Assembly: GCF_000181795.1 (NCBI RefSeq)
Contig: NW_003526941.1
Coordinates: 248,001 to 312,000, forward strand
DNA length: 64,000 bases
Source: Trichinella spiralis
Taxonomy: Eukaryota
Reading direction: 5' to 3'
Part shown: positions 24,597-38,300 of the stretch, piece by piece
How the letters are laid out: every line of letters starts with the position of its first letter
How positions within the stretch are numbered: the first letter of the stretch is position 1
Program-made: the position numbers and the translations under genes
Notes under the pieces: model-generated
Database searches by the model: none
The model's input: only the letters and a program-made list of their open reading frames with translations
What the model was told of the DNA's origin: nothing

Positions 24597-26655
24597 GCAG
24601 ATCCGGCTTTGGAAAATTATTTTAACGCCCACGCCGATGCTGTGAACGCACTCGATTTCAACGCAGATGGCAACCAACTAGGTATAACAGTTTTTCACAT
24701 TATTGTATTAATACAGGTTTATTGAGCCAGTGCTCTTCAGCAACAGTTGGTAAGGATGGGTTTTTGAAAGTGTGGAATTTGAAAGCACAGACTCGGTGTT
24801 ATACTTATCCTGATCCAAAGGTAAAATTCACAATCAAACATTCGAGCATTCACTAATGTGCACAGTTGTATAACTGTCAATTTCAGCCGGCTGTTTATTC
24901 AGTACGCTTTTCTGCAGATGGTCGACTGATCGCGTATTCTTCCAACAATGACATTATTTTTCGTACACCGACTGTGTTAGCTATTTACAACAAGCACTAG
25001 CTATTCACTACGTGTTAACATGCTATATTTACAGGAAATCAAAATCTCGTTCATTCCGGGCTCACCAATCAACAGTTCGATCTATCGATTTTACAAACGC
25101 GATCAATCATCAGTTAGCTTCTTGCGCAAATGATAAAACAATCAAAGTAGAAATCAAATAAAATCTTACTTTGTGCATAAAGTTTGTATAAAATGTTTCA
25201 GATTTGGCAAATCGATGACGTTAGAGAGCAGTTCTTTTATTCACTCAGAGGACACCATAACTGGGTTCGCTGCATCCGGTAAGGTGCTTTCCTTCAGTGG
25301 TTATGTTCTGTTCGATCATGCAGAAGTGCATTCTGTAATTCAACTGCATCAGTTACCTAAAGGAAATACAGTATCTTATGCTCAAGATCATTGAAACTAA
25401 TTGAAATGAATTTGATAATGTCTTTTTTCTTTTTCACTTAAATTCGATGCATTCATCTGTTCCTGTTTAAATTGCAGCTTTTCTCCGGATGCGAAACTTC
25501 TAGTCTCCGCGTCAGATGACTGCACTGTGAAAATTTGGGATTCTCTCAGTCGACGGTGTGTACACAGCTTTTCAGACAATGAAAGCGCCGTACTTTGGGC
25601 GGAATTTCATCCGCAGAGTTTTTATATTGCTTCAGGAGGTATAGACAAGACTGTTCGAATTTGGGATTTGCGAATGCTTCGCTTGATTCAAGTATTCAAA
25701 GGTAAATTATTACATCAACAAGTTATTCCTCTGACGCCATGCAAAATTATCAATTAAGCATCAAAGTAAAATCGTTTAGAACATTTCTCTCCTGTAACGG
25801 GAGTGAGTTTTCATCCAAGCGGCTCGTATTTGGCATCAACATCACTGGATAGTACAGTGAAAATTTACGATCTGGGTGAAGGACGAGTCACGTACACTTT
25901 GCATGGACACAAAGTATGAACTGAGCAAAAATAGCTGTTTTATGATAATTTTTTTTTCATCGTAATGAAAATTAAAAAAAAAAACCAATTTCAGGCTGGT
26001 GTAAGCTGTGGACAGTTTGACCATCGTGGTGACTTGCTCAGTACTGGTGATTTAAGCGGAAAAGTATTTTTCATCTTCAACCAAATATTGTTATTAACAA
26101 CTGCAAATTTACACATGTATTTATTTATTTATCCAGATATTGATGTGGAAGGTGAATTTCACGCTACAACCGTCTCCGTCGTCCGTTTCTCCAATCCGAA
26201 ATTCACTGGCCGACAGAATTCGTGGTCATCCATATCAGCCAACCGGGGTATGGGTTTCACAACTTTCATTATATATGGGTTTGAAGTTTCAAATTTTACA
26301 ATTTTCCAAATTCATTTCCATTCAGCTGCCAGTTTGGACAGAACGACATGATCGTGGAACAGACGAAATTGAACGACCAAAACAGAATGCCAACTGTCAA
26401 ACATCACCTGAGCATCATGAAAGACGTCGCTTTGTCCCATCGGATGATGTTGCTGCTGCCGGTACAGCATGTCAACACTGCGAACAAGCATTGCAAGCGG
26501 TACCGAAGGATTTGAAAAAAACACTCAGCGACATTTTACAACAGCTGAGCTTACTCACCGAAACTGTTTCATTGTTGGAAAAAAGACTTAGTCGTAATGA
26601 AAAAAAGGTTCAAGAAGTATTAGAAACAACTCGTCGTAATGGTGGTAAATCTTGA
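24597..26655 (+). CDS. POC1: POC1 centriolar protein (WD40 repeats plus C-terminal Poc1 coiled coil); start codon unresolved, just upstream
   Basis: Exons give [90 protein letters not shown] and [35 protein letters not shown]. The C-terminal [29 protein letters not shown] matches the Poc1 motif. Confidence 0.92.
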
Positions 26656-27011
26656 ATTACCTGAAATGAAATGTACGCATGTTTATTATCGATTATCGAT
26701 TATTATTATTATTATTAGTGCTTTTCTTCTTCTTATGCTTTAACCCCACCCTATTTACTATTTTAAATTGTTAATTAGCAAGACCATAATAATACCACAG
26801 CATCCTTTTAAAACTGTTGAGCACTGATTTATTATTATTATTTTTTAATTCTCTTGTTGCCAAAGTGAATGAAGAGAAGAAATATTAAAACGTATCTTTT
26901 TTACGACACTTTTCGCCAAATTTTTTCAAAATAAAATGAAAACATCAGCTTCTGAATTGTATGCATGCAAGCTGATTACATAATTTTAAACTATTTTACA
27001 AATAACACTTT

Positions 27012-30000
27012 TCACATGTTGTCCAGGGTAGCAGTGAGACTGCTGAACCAAGGCAATAAAGCCATCACAACGCCAACAATCAATATAATACATTGAAGAA
27101 GTGTAAAAAAAGAGCACTGAAAAAAAGTACAAATTATTTTATTGTTGTCAGCTTTCAATTAGTTGTTCAGTGAAAACAGAAGGCAACTTACTAATCCTAA
27201 ATAGCCGCCAAGTTCTTCGCACTGACATGACTGTTCTTTAATTATGCTGCTGCGTTCAGATGGAAAAAGAATATTTTCTTCATTCGAAGCGATGACATCT
27301 GAAACGTTCATGACTCCCTGGTGATTTTCTGTTTCATTCAACTAAATGGAAAAATAAATTTTTTAATAGTTAATAATAATTTTAGAAAAGTATACCAAAT
27401 TTCCAACTCACTTGTAGACGCAGTAGATCTGCTTCTTGGTTAGCGGCTATCAATTGTGCAAGCCAAGAACTTTTTTCCTCATCCAATACCGTCTTTTCTT
27501 CGTGCACAGCATTGTACGATTTTAAAAGTTCTGCATATCTCGTTTGCAAAAGTGAATTTTCTTGCGCTGAGCTGAAAAGAAATATTTTCTCTTTTTTAAA
27601 TTAAAATTGCATACTAAAACATATATGTATTTCCAGTTTTACACATACAGCTTCACTTCTTTTTCAACAGCTGCAATGCGTTGACGTAAATTTGAACATT
27701 CGTGCTTGAGTGATGCAAATTCTGCTTAAAAAATAAAACAGATTTTTTAACATCAACAAAAAATATTTCAGCGAAAATTTTAAAATAACAATTATAGCAA
27801 CAACGGCTACCTTCGTTACATGACAACTGTGGCTGCGGCGCATTATTTTTATCTTCAACGGAAAAAGTATCCGTGCAACCATCTGCACCATCCAACGACG
27901 AAGCTATGCTAAGTAGATTCCACTCACCTATATAAACAAAAATAAATAAACGCATATATACATATGCTTTGAAAAAAATTTTTTTAAAAATAATTTCACT
28001 CTTGTGCAATACCTAGAACCTCTTCTGCTACATCGGCGTGGTGATCGGTTTCTTTGAGAGATTCTTTAAAGATATCTAGAAAAATAGAAAAACTTTATTT
28101 TCAAACAGTTTAATCAGTTTTAAACTTTCTCCAAATTTTAAAACGCTGTACTATTAATAGACCGAAGGCAATCTTTAAGTAGGTTATTACTTCTTTGGTC
28201 ATCACTCGTTAACATGCCTATAATAACCATAATTCAAAACGAAATTGTTTTAATAAACAACAATATTACCCTGAATGCACATCATCTGAGTGTAAACACT
28301 CTGCAAATCCTTCTCATTTCGCCTCAACTGATCCACAAGTTGCTGATTACTTTCCACCGCTCTTCGACAGATACGTTCGTGGTCAACTAATTTCACTTAC
28401 AAAAAAAAGGTACATTAAATATAAATGTACAGCTCAAAATACAACTAATATTAGCTTGTACAAATACAAAACATGTGTAAACTTTTACACTGATCCCATT
28501 TAATGGAATGAACAAATAAAAATTTAACCTTAGAAAATAATTTTAAAAGACAACATAAGCTACAACCACTGCCGTAATTGAATACATACATTTTCATACA
28601 AATATAAATTCAAAAAAACATTCATTGATAAATATGATAATAAGTAAATATTTTTTCAAATGTGAACGTATTTATAAATAAAATATAAATTTCTCAATAG
28701 ATTTTATTACAAATAACACTGTTAAATTACTACATCATAAAAAGGTAAATTCAAACAAAACTTAAAATCATAAATTACAGAGAAAAAACATATATTAAAA
28801 ATCATATAACAGTTAGAAACATAATTTAAAAAATATACACATATCAAAGTTATTATTAATAAATAATACTATACTTTTGTATTTGCCGATGATGCATTCA
28901 TTTTTATCACAAACAAAAGTCAGATCAGAAATTTGAGCAAGCAGTTCAGTGCATCTTGCACAATGCGCTTTGGTTTCATCGCCTTGGCCATTCATGTCGT
29001 CTTCCAATTCATGATCACTAGAATGACCATTTTGGAATGCGTTTTCGGGAAAGTTCTTGGAATATAACGTCTGCTTGAAGCTCGATTCCAGTTGACAAAC
29101 TTGGTCTATCAAACACGACAAAAGTATATTATAATATTATATATGTATATATGGGGTAATAATATCAACCTTTGAGAAAGGCAACTAATTCTTCGTTTTT
29201 AAATTTCTGGTACACCACATTTTCAAACCGCGCTAAATAAAAATGCCGAATTAAAAAAGCACATTTTAAGTAATAACTAAAAGTAATACCCATAATATCT
29301 GATACAGCTTGTTCAACTAAAAAGGATAATCGATCGTTTGATGCAAGCAACTGCTCTAAAAATTAAAAATTATTATAAAAACGGCAATTCCATTACATCA
29401 GATTACTTTGCAATGAGAAATTTACCTTCTAAATGCAGAGCTTTCTGTTGACTATTCTCTAATTCTAATTTTGCTTTCCTGAGATCTTCTAAAATATTCA
29501 TCGATAAAGCTAAGCCACGTGAAAACATTATGTCAAAAAGTACCAGTCAAATCTTGAGCTTGCTTTCGACTGAATTCAAGTGCATCAGCAAAACTACTCG
29601 GCTCCAGCATATGCTCCACTTCGCATTTTGCTACAGATGTATTACTACTGTTCAAATTAGCATCGCGGTTCTGTTTAACCTGTGGGTAGAAAGAAATCTT
29701 TTAAACAATTTTCACAATTTACTGCAAACTGGAGTAAATTTACATTTTCGCTGCTACTATCTTGATCAATCAATTCACTCTTGAGCTTTTTTATTACATG
29801 ACAATCGTTTGATAACAACAATTCAGTAGATTCTTTATCCAATTCTTTGGTATCTTTTAAATTTTCTTTCGAAACTGAAATACAAAGTTAAATGAAAAAT
29901 CAAAATATGATAATTTGAAATAAAAATTGAGTTTCAATATTATACCTATGGCAGAACTTGGCACAATTTTATCACGATTAGCGAGTGCTTTGTCAGGCTG

Positions 30001-32529
30001 AAGTAAAGTATAAATTTATTAATAAAAACAAAAAAAAAGAAAAAATTTCCATAAAACGGTACCTCCATTTTCACTTTATCGTTGATCTCATTTTCTTGCT
30101 TAACAACCAAATGAACTTGTGCTTCCAACAGCTGACATTTTAATTCTGCTTCCTAAACCAAAAAGTAAAAAGCATGATTACACCGAACATGCAAAAATAT
30201 GAAGATTGATTAAAAATATATGCCTCGAGATCTTTATTCAAATCATGGACACGCTTTAGACATTCATTGTGCTGCTCTGTAACTAATGCCAGTTCTTTTT
30301 GTACAGCTTCATAGTCATCTCGCAGTTGACCACACTGCTTCACCGTACTTTCTAAACACTGTTCAACATCACCGAGCCTCTGTAATGCATCCAGTTTTTC
30401 CTGCATTACACGTCTAATAGCCTCCTGCAAACAAGAGAAAATCATTATTTAAACAGGATAAATCTAAATGCAAAGTGAATAAAAAAATCAATACTTTTGC
30501 AGCATTTTCATATTTTTCCTTTTCATCAGTAAGGCTTAGCAGTTGATTACGTAGCTGACTTTCTGGAATATTCTGTAAAAACATGAAAACTTTCTCTTAA
30601 ATTATCCTTGCATGAGACAATCTTTGAAAGAAAAATAATATGATAATACCTTACTGCATATCCTCAACTGACTTTCCAACATTTCAATTCTGGATAATAA
30701 TCTGTCCTCATCGATTAAAGCATTCCAACATTCATTAGTTGCATCCTGAGTAGTTACCAGTAGTGCTTGCAAAGCTGTCATTTTGCTTTCCATGATCTTT
30801 TCACGGTAAACTGCTTCCTGTAATATACATATTAAACTGGATAAATTAAATGATCACTTTTGCAAAATTTTCAATTTAGCAAACATTTATTATTATCAAT
30901 GAAGAAATTAGAAATAAAAGAAATCAAATTTGAGCAACATAAATTAATTTCTAATTCTTTCCTTTTTTAAATTATATTAATTCCAATCAGCATACGTGTA
31001 TATGATATATTGTAAAGAGAAATTCGTCATTATTCTACTGATTGAATTTAAAGTTGTGAATCAAAAACAACAGCACAGATTTATTTAGGTTGTTATTAGA
31101 AAATTCACATCATCAATAAGAAATCAACGAAATACGCAAATAATTAAAAATCACCACACGATCACTATTGCCAGCTGACAACTAAAACTAAAACAGCCGT
31201 TGAAAAGCTAATCACGAATGAAAGAGAAATTAAAAATCCTTCAACTGTTGTCTGCGTGATGAATTTATAAAAACAAATAAATTTTCAAACAGCTGTTGCA
31301 GGTGGCCAAATCATTTCACAATATGACAATACATTTACTTTACCAACGAAAAATTGCTTTCGTGAATAAATAAAATTTTTCTTTCAACAGTTTCAAAAAT
31401 TCATAAATTCAACTGCTTTGGCTTAGGAATTAAGGGGAAAGACACAGTAGTACCCAATCTTAACTGTAAAATACATTCTCAAAAAAATTTTATTTAATCA
31501 AAATAACTTGAATGAAAAACTAACGCCTCATGTCTGATTAAATGAGTCTGAAGTATTAAATGCTAATGCGCAGCATGCGTAATAAAAAAAATGTTGACAT
31601 AATTTAAAGATTTAATTGAAAATTAGCTGCTATATTAACATAATTATGCCATGGAAATTTTACATCGCGACCTGCTCTTCTGTCAATGATTACATTCCAC
31701 TCAACAGTCAACCAAACACAACCTATCACGAATAGCGCAGTTTAAGATGACATTTTTGGTTAGAATTAAGTTTAAACATAAAGTGCCAACGCTTTCAAAA
31801 GTTGAAAATTTCAGTATCCACTTAGTAAAAATTTTTGAATAAAAGCAATTCATTTTCACAATGAAAATACAAACACGCACTCGAATGTATTGCTGCACTT
31901 GAAACAATTCTTGGTTGGAAATTGCTTGACTAGCATCAATATTGTACGCACTGACGAGATTTGTCATTGAAGAATCGGTGCTAAAATATGAAAAACATAC
32001 CAACATTTCAAATACATCAAAACCAAAATAAAATACGTTTCACGAGGCAAAGCTTCAAGTCCATTCGGATGGTAAAGACGAAGCATTGCCACAATACAAC
32101 CGTGAGAAAATGAAGTGCCATTACGAGTATTTTCAACAATTTCCACTCCAAGTTGAATCAAATCACCAGAAAAAACTTCCTTCGGCAAACTTTCTTCGGA
32201 TGCTTTCGAAAGACGCTGACCGTTAATGAACGTACCATTGCTACTTTTCGTGTCTCTCACATAAAACTGAAAAATTAATTAATTATGCTCTTCATCTGAA
32301 TATGAAGAACAATATTATAAATACTTACACTGCCATCTTCATACCAAATCAAAGCGTGATTTCTAGACAGCACTTTACAATCAAATACAAAGTTATTGCT
32401 TGACGCCTGCAATTTGGCTAAAGAGCGACCAATTTTAACAGGCTCATCGCTGAGAGCTACACGACGATGCTCAAATGGGTGACTATTTTCACAAGGCGTT
32501 AAAACAGCACAAGCAGCACCGAATTCCAT
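27012..32529 (-). CDS. SLMAP: Sarcolemmal membrane-associated protein (FHA domain, coiled coils, tail anchor; STRIPAK component)
   Basis: N-terminus AVLTPCENSHPFEHRRV...VKIGRS...FDCKVLSRNHALIW|...RDTKSSNGTFING is an FHA domain. QELFQVQQYI and WNALIDEDRLLSRIEMLESQL are SLMAP signatures. The last exon CSFFTLLQCIILIVGVVMALLPWFSSLTATLDNM* is a hydrophobic tail anchor, stop at 27012. Confidence 0.93.
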
Positions 32530-33532
32530 ATTCTACAAAGGCACCTAAAGAACAAAAACAGTAGGAAGACTTTAATCAAAGCACAGAACTAAAACCCATA
32601 TACATCATCTACATGTACGTGAAACATCAATTACGCAAATTTACAAAACATACTAATTTTCAAAAATAAACACATACACACTATTTTGAAACAGAACATC
32701 ACATTTAGAAAATCATTTCTGTAAACAAAATGCTGTTCACTGATTATTTCTAAGAATCAATTCATTTGCACAAACATACCACACACAAAAGGATTAAATT
32801 ACACAGTGAAGCAAAAAATTAAAAAATATAAAACGTACAAGAATCCACAACCATCTATCACACTGAAATTATTAACCGATCAAGAAAAGCAAGAAACAAT
32901 GCAATATGTTGTATAAAATTAATTTAAAAATTAATACAACAACTACACATTGGCTTCTTCGAGTTGATCATGCATAATGAATATTACGATAGTTAAAGAT
33001 GATTAGGTATAAATTTTAATTCGATGACAGTAGATACTTCGTTGAATTTTCTTAAATCTGAATTATTAAATTCAAATGAAAATTTAATTTTACTAAAATT
33101 TATACAATTTATTTTTCATATCTTAAAATTTGTTTTCAAACCTGCTTCATTGTATTTTGAATAAAAAATAACAAATTTTGAGCTAGATTTCGAGCTATTT
33201 GAAATATTAAAAATTTCAAAATTTCAAATATTAAAAAAAACAAACTGCTAAACAGCTAAACATATATTGAATAAATGGATTTTAAGTGTGATATTTAGCA
33301 AGTTTGGCCTGTGTATGAGAACTGTGAAATAAAGAGAAATTTGGAAGAAAAGGTTTTATTTATATTATAACTGTATTAGTAAAAAGAAATCAGTACCTGT
33401 TCAACTTATGGATTGCTGTAGTTGTTGCTGATAGTTGAACTTTGGTGCTCTGTGATCAATCTTCCGTAAAACGCTGCACTAATTTCAGTGAACTATCAAA
33501 ACTGAATGAACGCACAGGTCAGCATACAGTAG

Positions 33533-33556
33533 AAAACACTGTAAATACAGTGTTTT
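33533..33556. repeat. Perfect inverted repeat with 11-bp arms (AAAACACTGTA-aa-TACAGTGTTTT) in the SLMAP/ECH1 divergent intergenic region
   Basis: Read directly from the sequence; ends ~67 nt upstream of the ECH1 ATG. Confidence 0.8.
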
Positions 33557-33622
33557 TAGAGAATTGCTTATATTGGATTGTAGTCAAAAAGAATATTCTT
33601 TACTTTGAATAAATTTGTCGAG

Positions 33623-34975
33623 ATGAATCTTCGTACACTTGTCTCAACGGTGTTTTCAACAGTGCATCGTTGTTTTTCTTCCAACGCACAGAGTTTGCCT
33701 GGATTCAATTATATTCTCCTGAGTCAACCGCAAGAACACGTTGTTCATGTCACGCTAAACAGACCAGAAAAGATGAATGCTTTAAACGAATTGTTTTGGA
33801 GGTACTTCATTAAATATTCATTTTGAACATATGCAAATTTTAAGGTTGCATTTTATGCTTTTTATTTCAGTATTTTGATAATGGTAGATGCATTTAGTAA
33901 AAATGTTTTTCATTAAAAAAAGGTTAATTAAAGAAATAATAAAATTTACTTTTATGGATATTATTTAGAGAAATCGGAGAATGTTTCCAGTATCTTTCGA
34001 CGTATGGAAAATGTCGTGCAATTGTTTTGAGTGCCAATGGCCGTACATTTTGTTCAGGAATAGACTTCAATGATTTGGCAAAGTTCGCATCCATTGCGTA
34101 TAATGCAGATGAAGATGTTGCTCGTCGTGCTTTCAAGTTGCGTTCAATGATTCAAAAATTTCAAAACTCATTCACCACTCTAGAAAAGGTAATTTATAGT
34201 GTGTAAATGCATTTATTTTTTTTTCATGCAGTTTACCCATGAAGCGCTCTTTTGTCTGCCCATTTTCAAGATAACTAGCTGAATTGATGTTTTTTCTTGA
34301 AGTGTTCAAAACCTATAATTGCTGCTATCAATGGAAATTGCATTGGTGCTGGCGTTGACTTGATCTGTGCTGCTGATATACGCTATTGCAGCGATGATGC
34401 TTCTTTTCAAATACGAGTAAGTTACAGTATTTAGAAATGAAGGTTGCTGTTACAGTAGTCCATGAAGTGGAATAAATTATTACAAAAGAATCATTTTATA
34501 AAATAGGAAGTGGATATTGGAATGGCTGCCGATGTAGGGACGCTTCAGCGCCTTCCAAAAATTGTTGGAAATCACAGTCTTATGAGAGAATTAGCTTTCA
34601 CTGCTCGATCAATGTTGGCTGAAGAAGCTCTCGAATTTGGCCTCGTCAATCGAAAATTCAACTCACATTCAGAACTTGTAGATGCTAGTTTACAAATAGC
34701 TGCTAAAATTGCCGCTAAAAGTCCCGTAGCTGTCCAAGGGACCAAGCTTGAATTAAATTATGCAAGAGATCATCCTGTTGACGATTCATTGCATTCAGTG
34801 GTGAGTAGTATAACTGTGATTGTATTTTTTTGTTTGCAGATGTGATATATGAAAATTTTCTTCCCTGCAGGCCAACTGGAATATGTGTATGTTGCAGAGT
34901 GAAGATGTGATGAAAGCAGCAAGTGTTACAATAAATCGAGAGAAAAATGAAGCGGTTACATTCGATACATTATGA
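33623..34975 (+). CDS. ECH1: Delta(3,5)-Delta(2,4)-dienoyl-CoA isomerase (crotonase family), 5 exons
   Basis: Exons give VVHVTLNRPEKMNALNELFWR|EIGECF...CRAIVLSANGRTFCSGID...DEDVARRAFKLR...FQNSFTTLEK|CSKPIIAAINGNCIGAGVDLICAADIRYCS...|EVDIGMAADVGTLQRLPKIVGNHSL...KSPVAVQGTK...YARDHPVDDSL|ANWNMCMLQSEDV...VTFDTL*. Confidence 0.95.
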
Positions 34976-35381
34976 AAATGAAACTTGAAACTTTAACTTT
35001 AAAAACGTTCACTTTACTTATTATTCTTTTCGATTTCTTTTTTTCTTAATTCGCAGTCATTTCAATACGAAATTCAAAGTCATTCATCATTTTACTAATT
35101 TGAGAAGAAAATCATACATTTTAGTAAGAAAAAAGAGTACCACCTTGCATTACACCAATTATTGCTAATCAAATCGATATATCAATAAAGCACGTTGAAA
35201 ATTTATGATTAATAATATATTTTATACGCAGAAGAAAAAAAGAAGATAGATATATTAATTACGATGCAAAGAGAATGAATGGGTAGACTTAATGTCAAAT
35301 AATTGAATAATTAAATAAATATTTGTGTTTGATTACTGTAGTAATGTTTATATTTCTGTGGATCTATATGGATGTAAGTTT

Positions 35382-38300
35382 TCAAATTTGAAGCATAAAT
35401 GGACTACCAGGAACATGCTTATTGCCATAAAGTACGTGAACGAAGCAAGTGCCACGTTCACGTACCATATAGTTAATGTGGAAAATGCCACGTCCTACGT
35501 GTTTGATGTGCGTCTCTTCGGCAGGTCCTTTCTGCGTCATAACGCAAACAAAGAGCAAATCTTGTCCTAAAAACAGAAAAACAAGCGCAGTTAGAATTCC
35601 GTTGCAACAGGCTGATACTTGTCAACTGATAACATGATACATGTACCTGCTCGTGAGCAATCGACGTTGAAAATATTCTGGCGACTTGCAAATGCCTTTT
35701 TCAAGCCGGCTCCTTGGCAAACTACTAGCGCAGCATCACCATAATATTTCGGCACTTGCATTGCGGCACCTTCGCTTGATTTCGACACAGTATTGATGTT
35801 CACTTTAGAAGATTCGTTTATGCCACTTCCACCCAGATGCTGGCCTGCAAATAAAGGAGGAGTTAAAAAAGGAACAATTAATAAACATATTTACGGAACA
35901 CATTATATATATATATATATATAATACCGGTGACATTAATCTTGAACGGTGATCCAGGAATATGAATTCCGTTGTACTTGATGGTTACGAAATAGTCACC
36001 AGGCGCTAATGGCGTGTAGCGTACTTTGTAGCCAATTTCCACGTCGTATGCATCGAGAGTTGCTTTGCTCGGTCCATCTAATTGAACTTGTAAATTTCCT
36101 GGTCCGACGTGACATGTGTTGATAGTAAATTCACATTTATGTCCAGTGATGCCAGATCTTAAACCTTCACCAATTACGGTAACACCGATCGGGTCGACTT
36201 CACCTTTCGGTCCAGCTCGAAATCGGAAAGGTGAATCTTTCATGTGAATACCATCGAGTGTAATGTGCAGATAATGATTACCGATCTCTTTCGGAACAAA
36301 TCTTATCGCGTACGACTCTGTATTGTACAAAACAATGCAAATATTTTGTGAATTAAAAAAATACGTAACACTGCAATATTTTTTACCATGTTCTTCAATT
36401 GGAGTGATGAAGCAGTCGTCAGTTGCACCAGAAGGTGAAAATACTTTGGCATCGAGGTTTCCTTCAGCGCCGTGTGTGACCAGGGTGAAAGTAACTGGCT
36501 TGTTCACAGCTAAGCCGTAAGAGTCAGGAAAAGAGCAAACCTCAAGTTTCCTCGCCTCGCCCGTTGGCGACGAAATGTACACTTTAAAAGGACTGTCCGG
36601 TATGTGTTTTTCATTAAATTTGATTGCCACATTGTAATCTCCTGAACAAAAAAAAACCACAACATTGCGACAGAAAAAGTTCATGAAGAAGAAACCGATA
36701 AGCTGAATCACCTGGTTTAGTCACACAGTAAGAAATGTAACCATCGCCGGTTCTATATTCGTGGTATTCTAGCTTTGCTTTTGATGGTCCTTCGATGTAA
36801 ATTTGCAACGTCCCAGCACCCGCTTCTCTAGAGTAGATGCTGAAAAAGCACGGCATATTCACTTCACCACTAATGAGTCCAGGTCCACCGGCATGCACTT
36901 TGTGGGTTCCACTATCTTGGAACGGACCCACCGTGTACTGGAATGGACTACCAGCGATATGCTGTCCATGTCTCAGTACGGACAACGTGTGCACGCCCAA
37001 CATTTGCGGCGTGAATCGAATCAAATAGATTTCTTCTGAATCTTCACAAAGTTCAACGTCTTCAATTACACCTTCAGGATTCATGACGCTTGCGGTTAGA
37101 TCAATCGCCGAAGATCCTGGAATTTTCAGCGATACATGACAATCATCGCCTGGCATTACACAAGGTGATGCTGGGACTGTTTGTTCAATTGTTTCAGTGA
37201 CTGTACCAACACCTTTGCCTTCACAATGCAAAGTGAATGGACTACCTGGAAGGGAAAAAAAATCTACATTGAAAAGGAGCAAAATTTGGTTTCATTTTGT
37301 TTTCAATAAAACCTGGTACGTGGTGATCAGCAAATTTCACATTCAACACATACAAGCCAGGTTCAAATGGTTTATAAAATATTTTGCACGTTTTATCTTT
37401 ATTGTCTTCATATTTGATTTCACACCTAGACGGGCCTTCCAAAGAAACGCTCACACCTCCATATCCTTAGACAATAATTAATAAAAACAATGGTAACAAA
37501 TTCAAAATACAATATTGTTAAAAACACACAAACTTCCCACTTACCAGCTTGACGAGTATCCAACTGGAAAGAATTAAACTCTTGAGTAATTGCTTGGCTA
37601 GTTCCTGCACCAGTCACTTTCACTTTACTGGCGTCGCCAACATCAGCTTTATTGACCGTTATACAAAACGGTGAGCCGTGAATCAATTTGCCACGCTTCT
37701 TCACGGTTACCAAGTGTTCTCCTGGTTCACGTGGCGTGAACGACACTCCTGATAAAAATATCGAAAACAAAAAGTTATTATAAAAAGTAATTTCATAAAA
37801 AAAATATATATATTACCCAAATTTCCAGAATCCAACCTTCGCGTCAGACACGGTTCTTCAATACCGGAAGGACTTTTGATAGATGCACTCAGTACACTAA
37901 CGTCCGGATCGGTAACTTTAATCGACACTTCACTTGTAGAACCAACAGAAATTTGTGCTCGTTTTCTTCCTTCTCCTGTAAAAATAGTTCATTTTACGTT
38001 ATAGTTGCTTAAAATACAAATACATAAATAGTATCAATTATTATAATTGTTGCTGCTGTTACCAGAAACAGTCGCTTTGAAAGGTGATCCTTCGATAGTC
38101 TTTCCAGCGTACTGAATGTGAACAGTATATTCTCCAGGTGCTGGAGGAATCCAAGTAATCGAACAAGTGCCATCTTTATTATCGTGGCACTTTACATCTG
38201 CTTTGGCTGGACCTTCGATTTTAACTGACAAACCACCTACAGAAAATCAGCAAATACAACAAACAAACAAACCATCAATAAGCATTAAATTGTTGTTTAT

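Noticed and set aside
27159..27191. Intron read-through giving SLMAP an alternative tail VSCLLFSLNN*
   Set aside because: Too short for a tail anchor, and a perfect GTAAGT donor splices in frame to a proper TM exon; no second anchor exon was seen.
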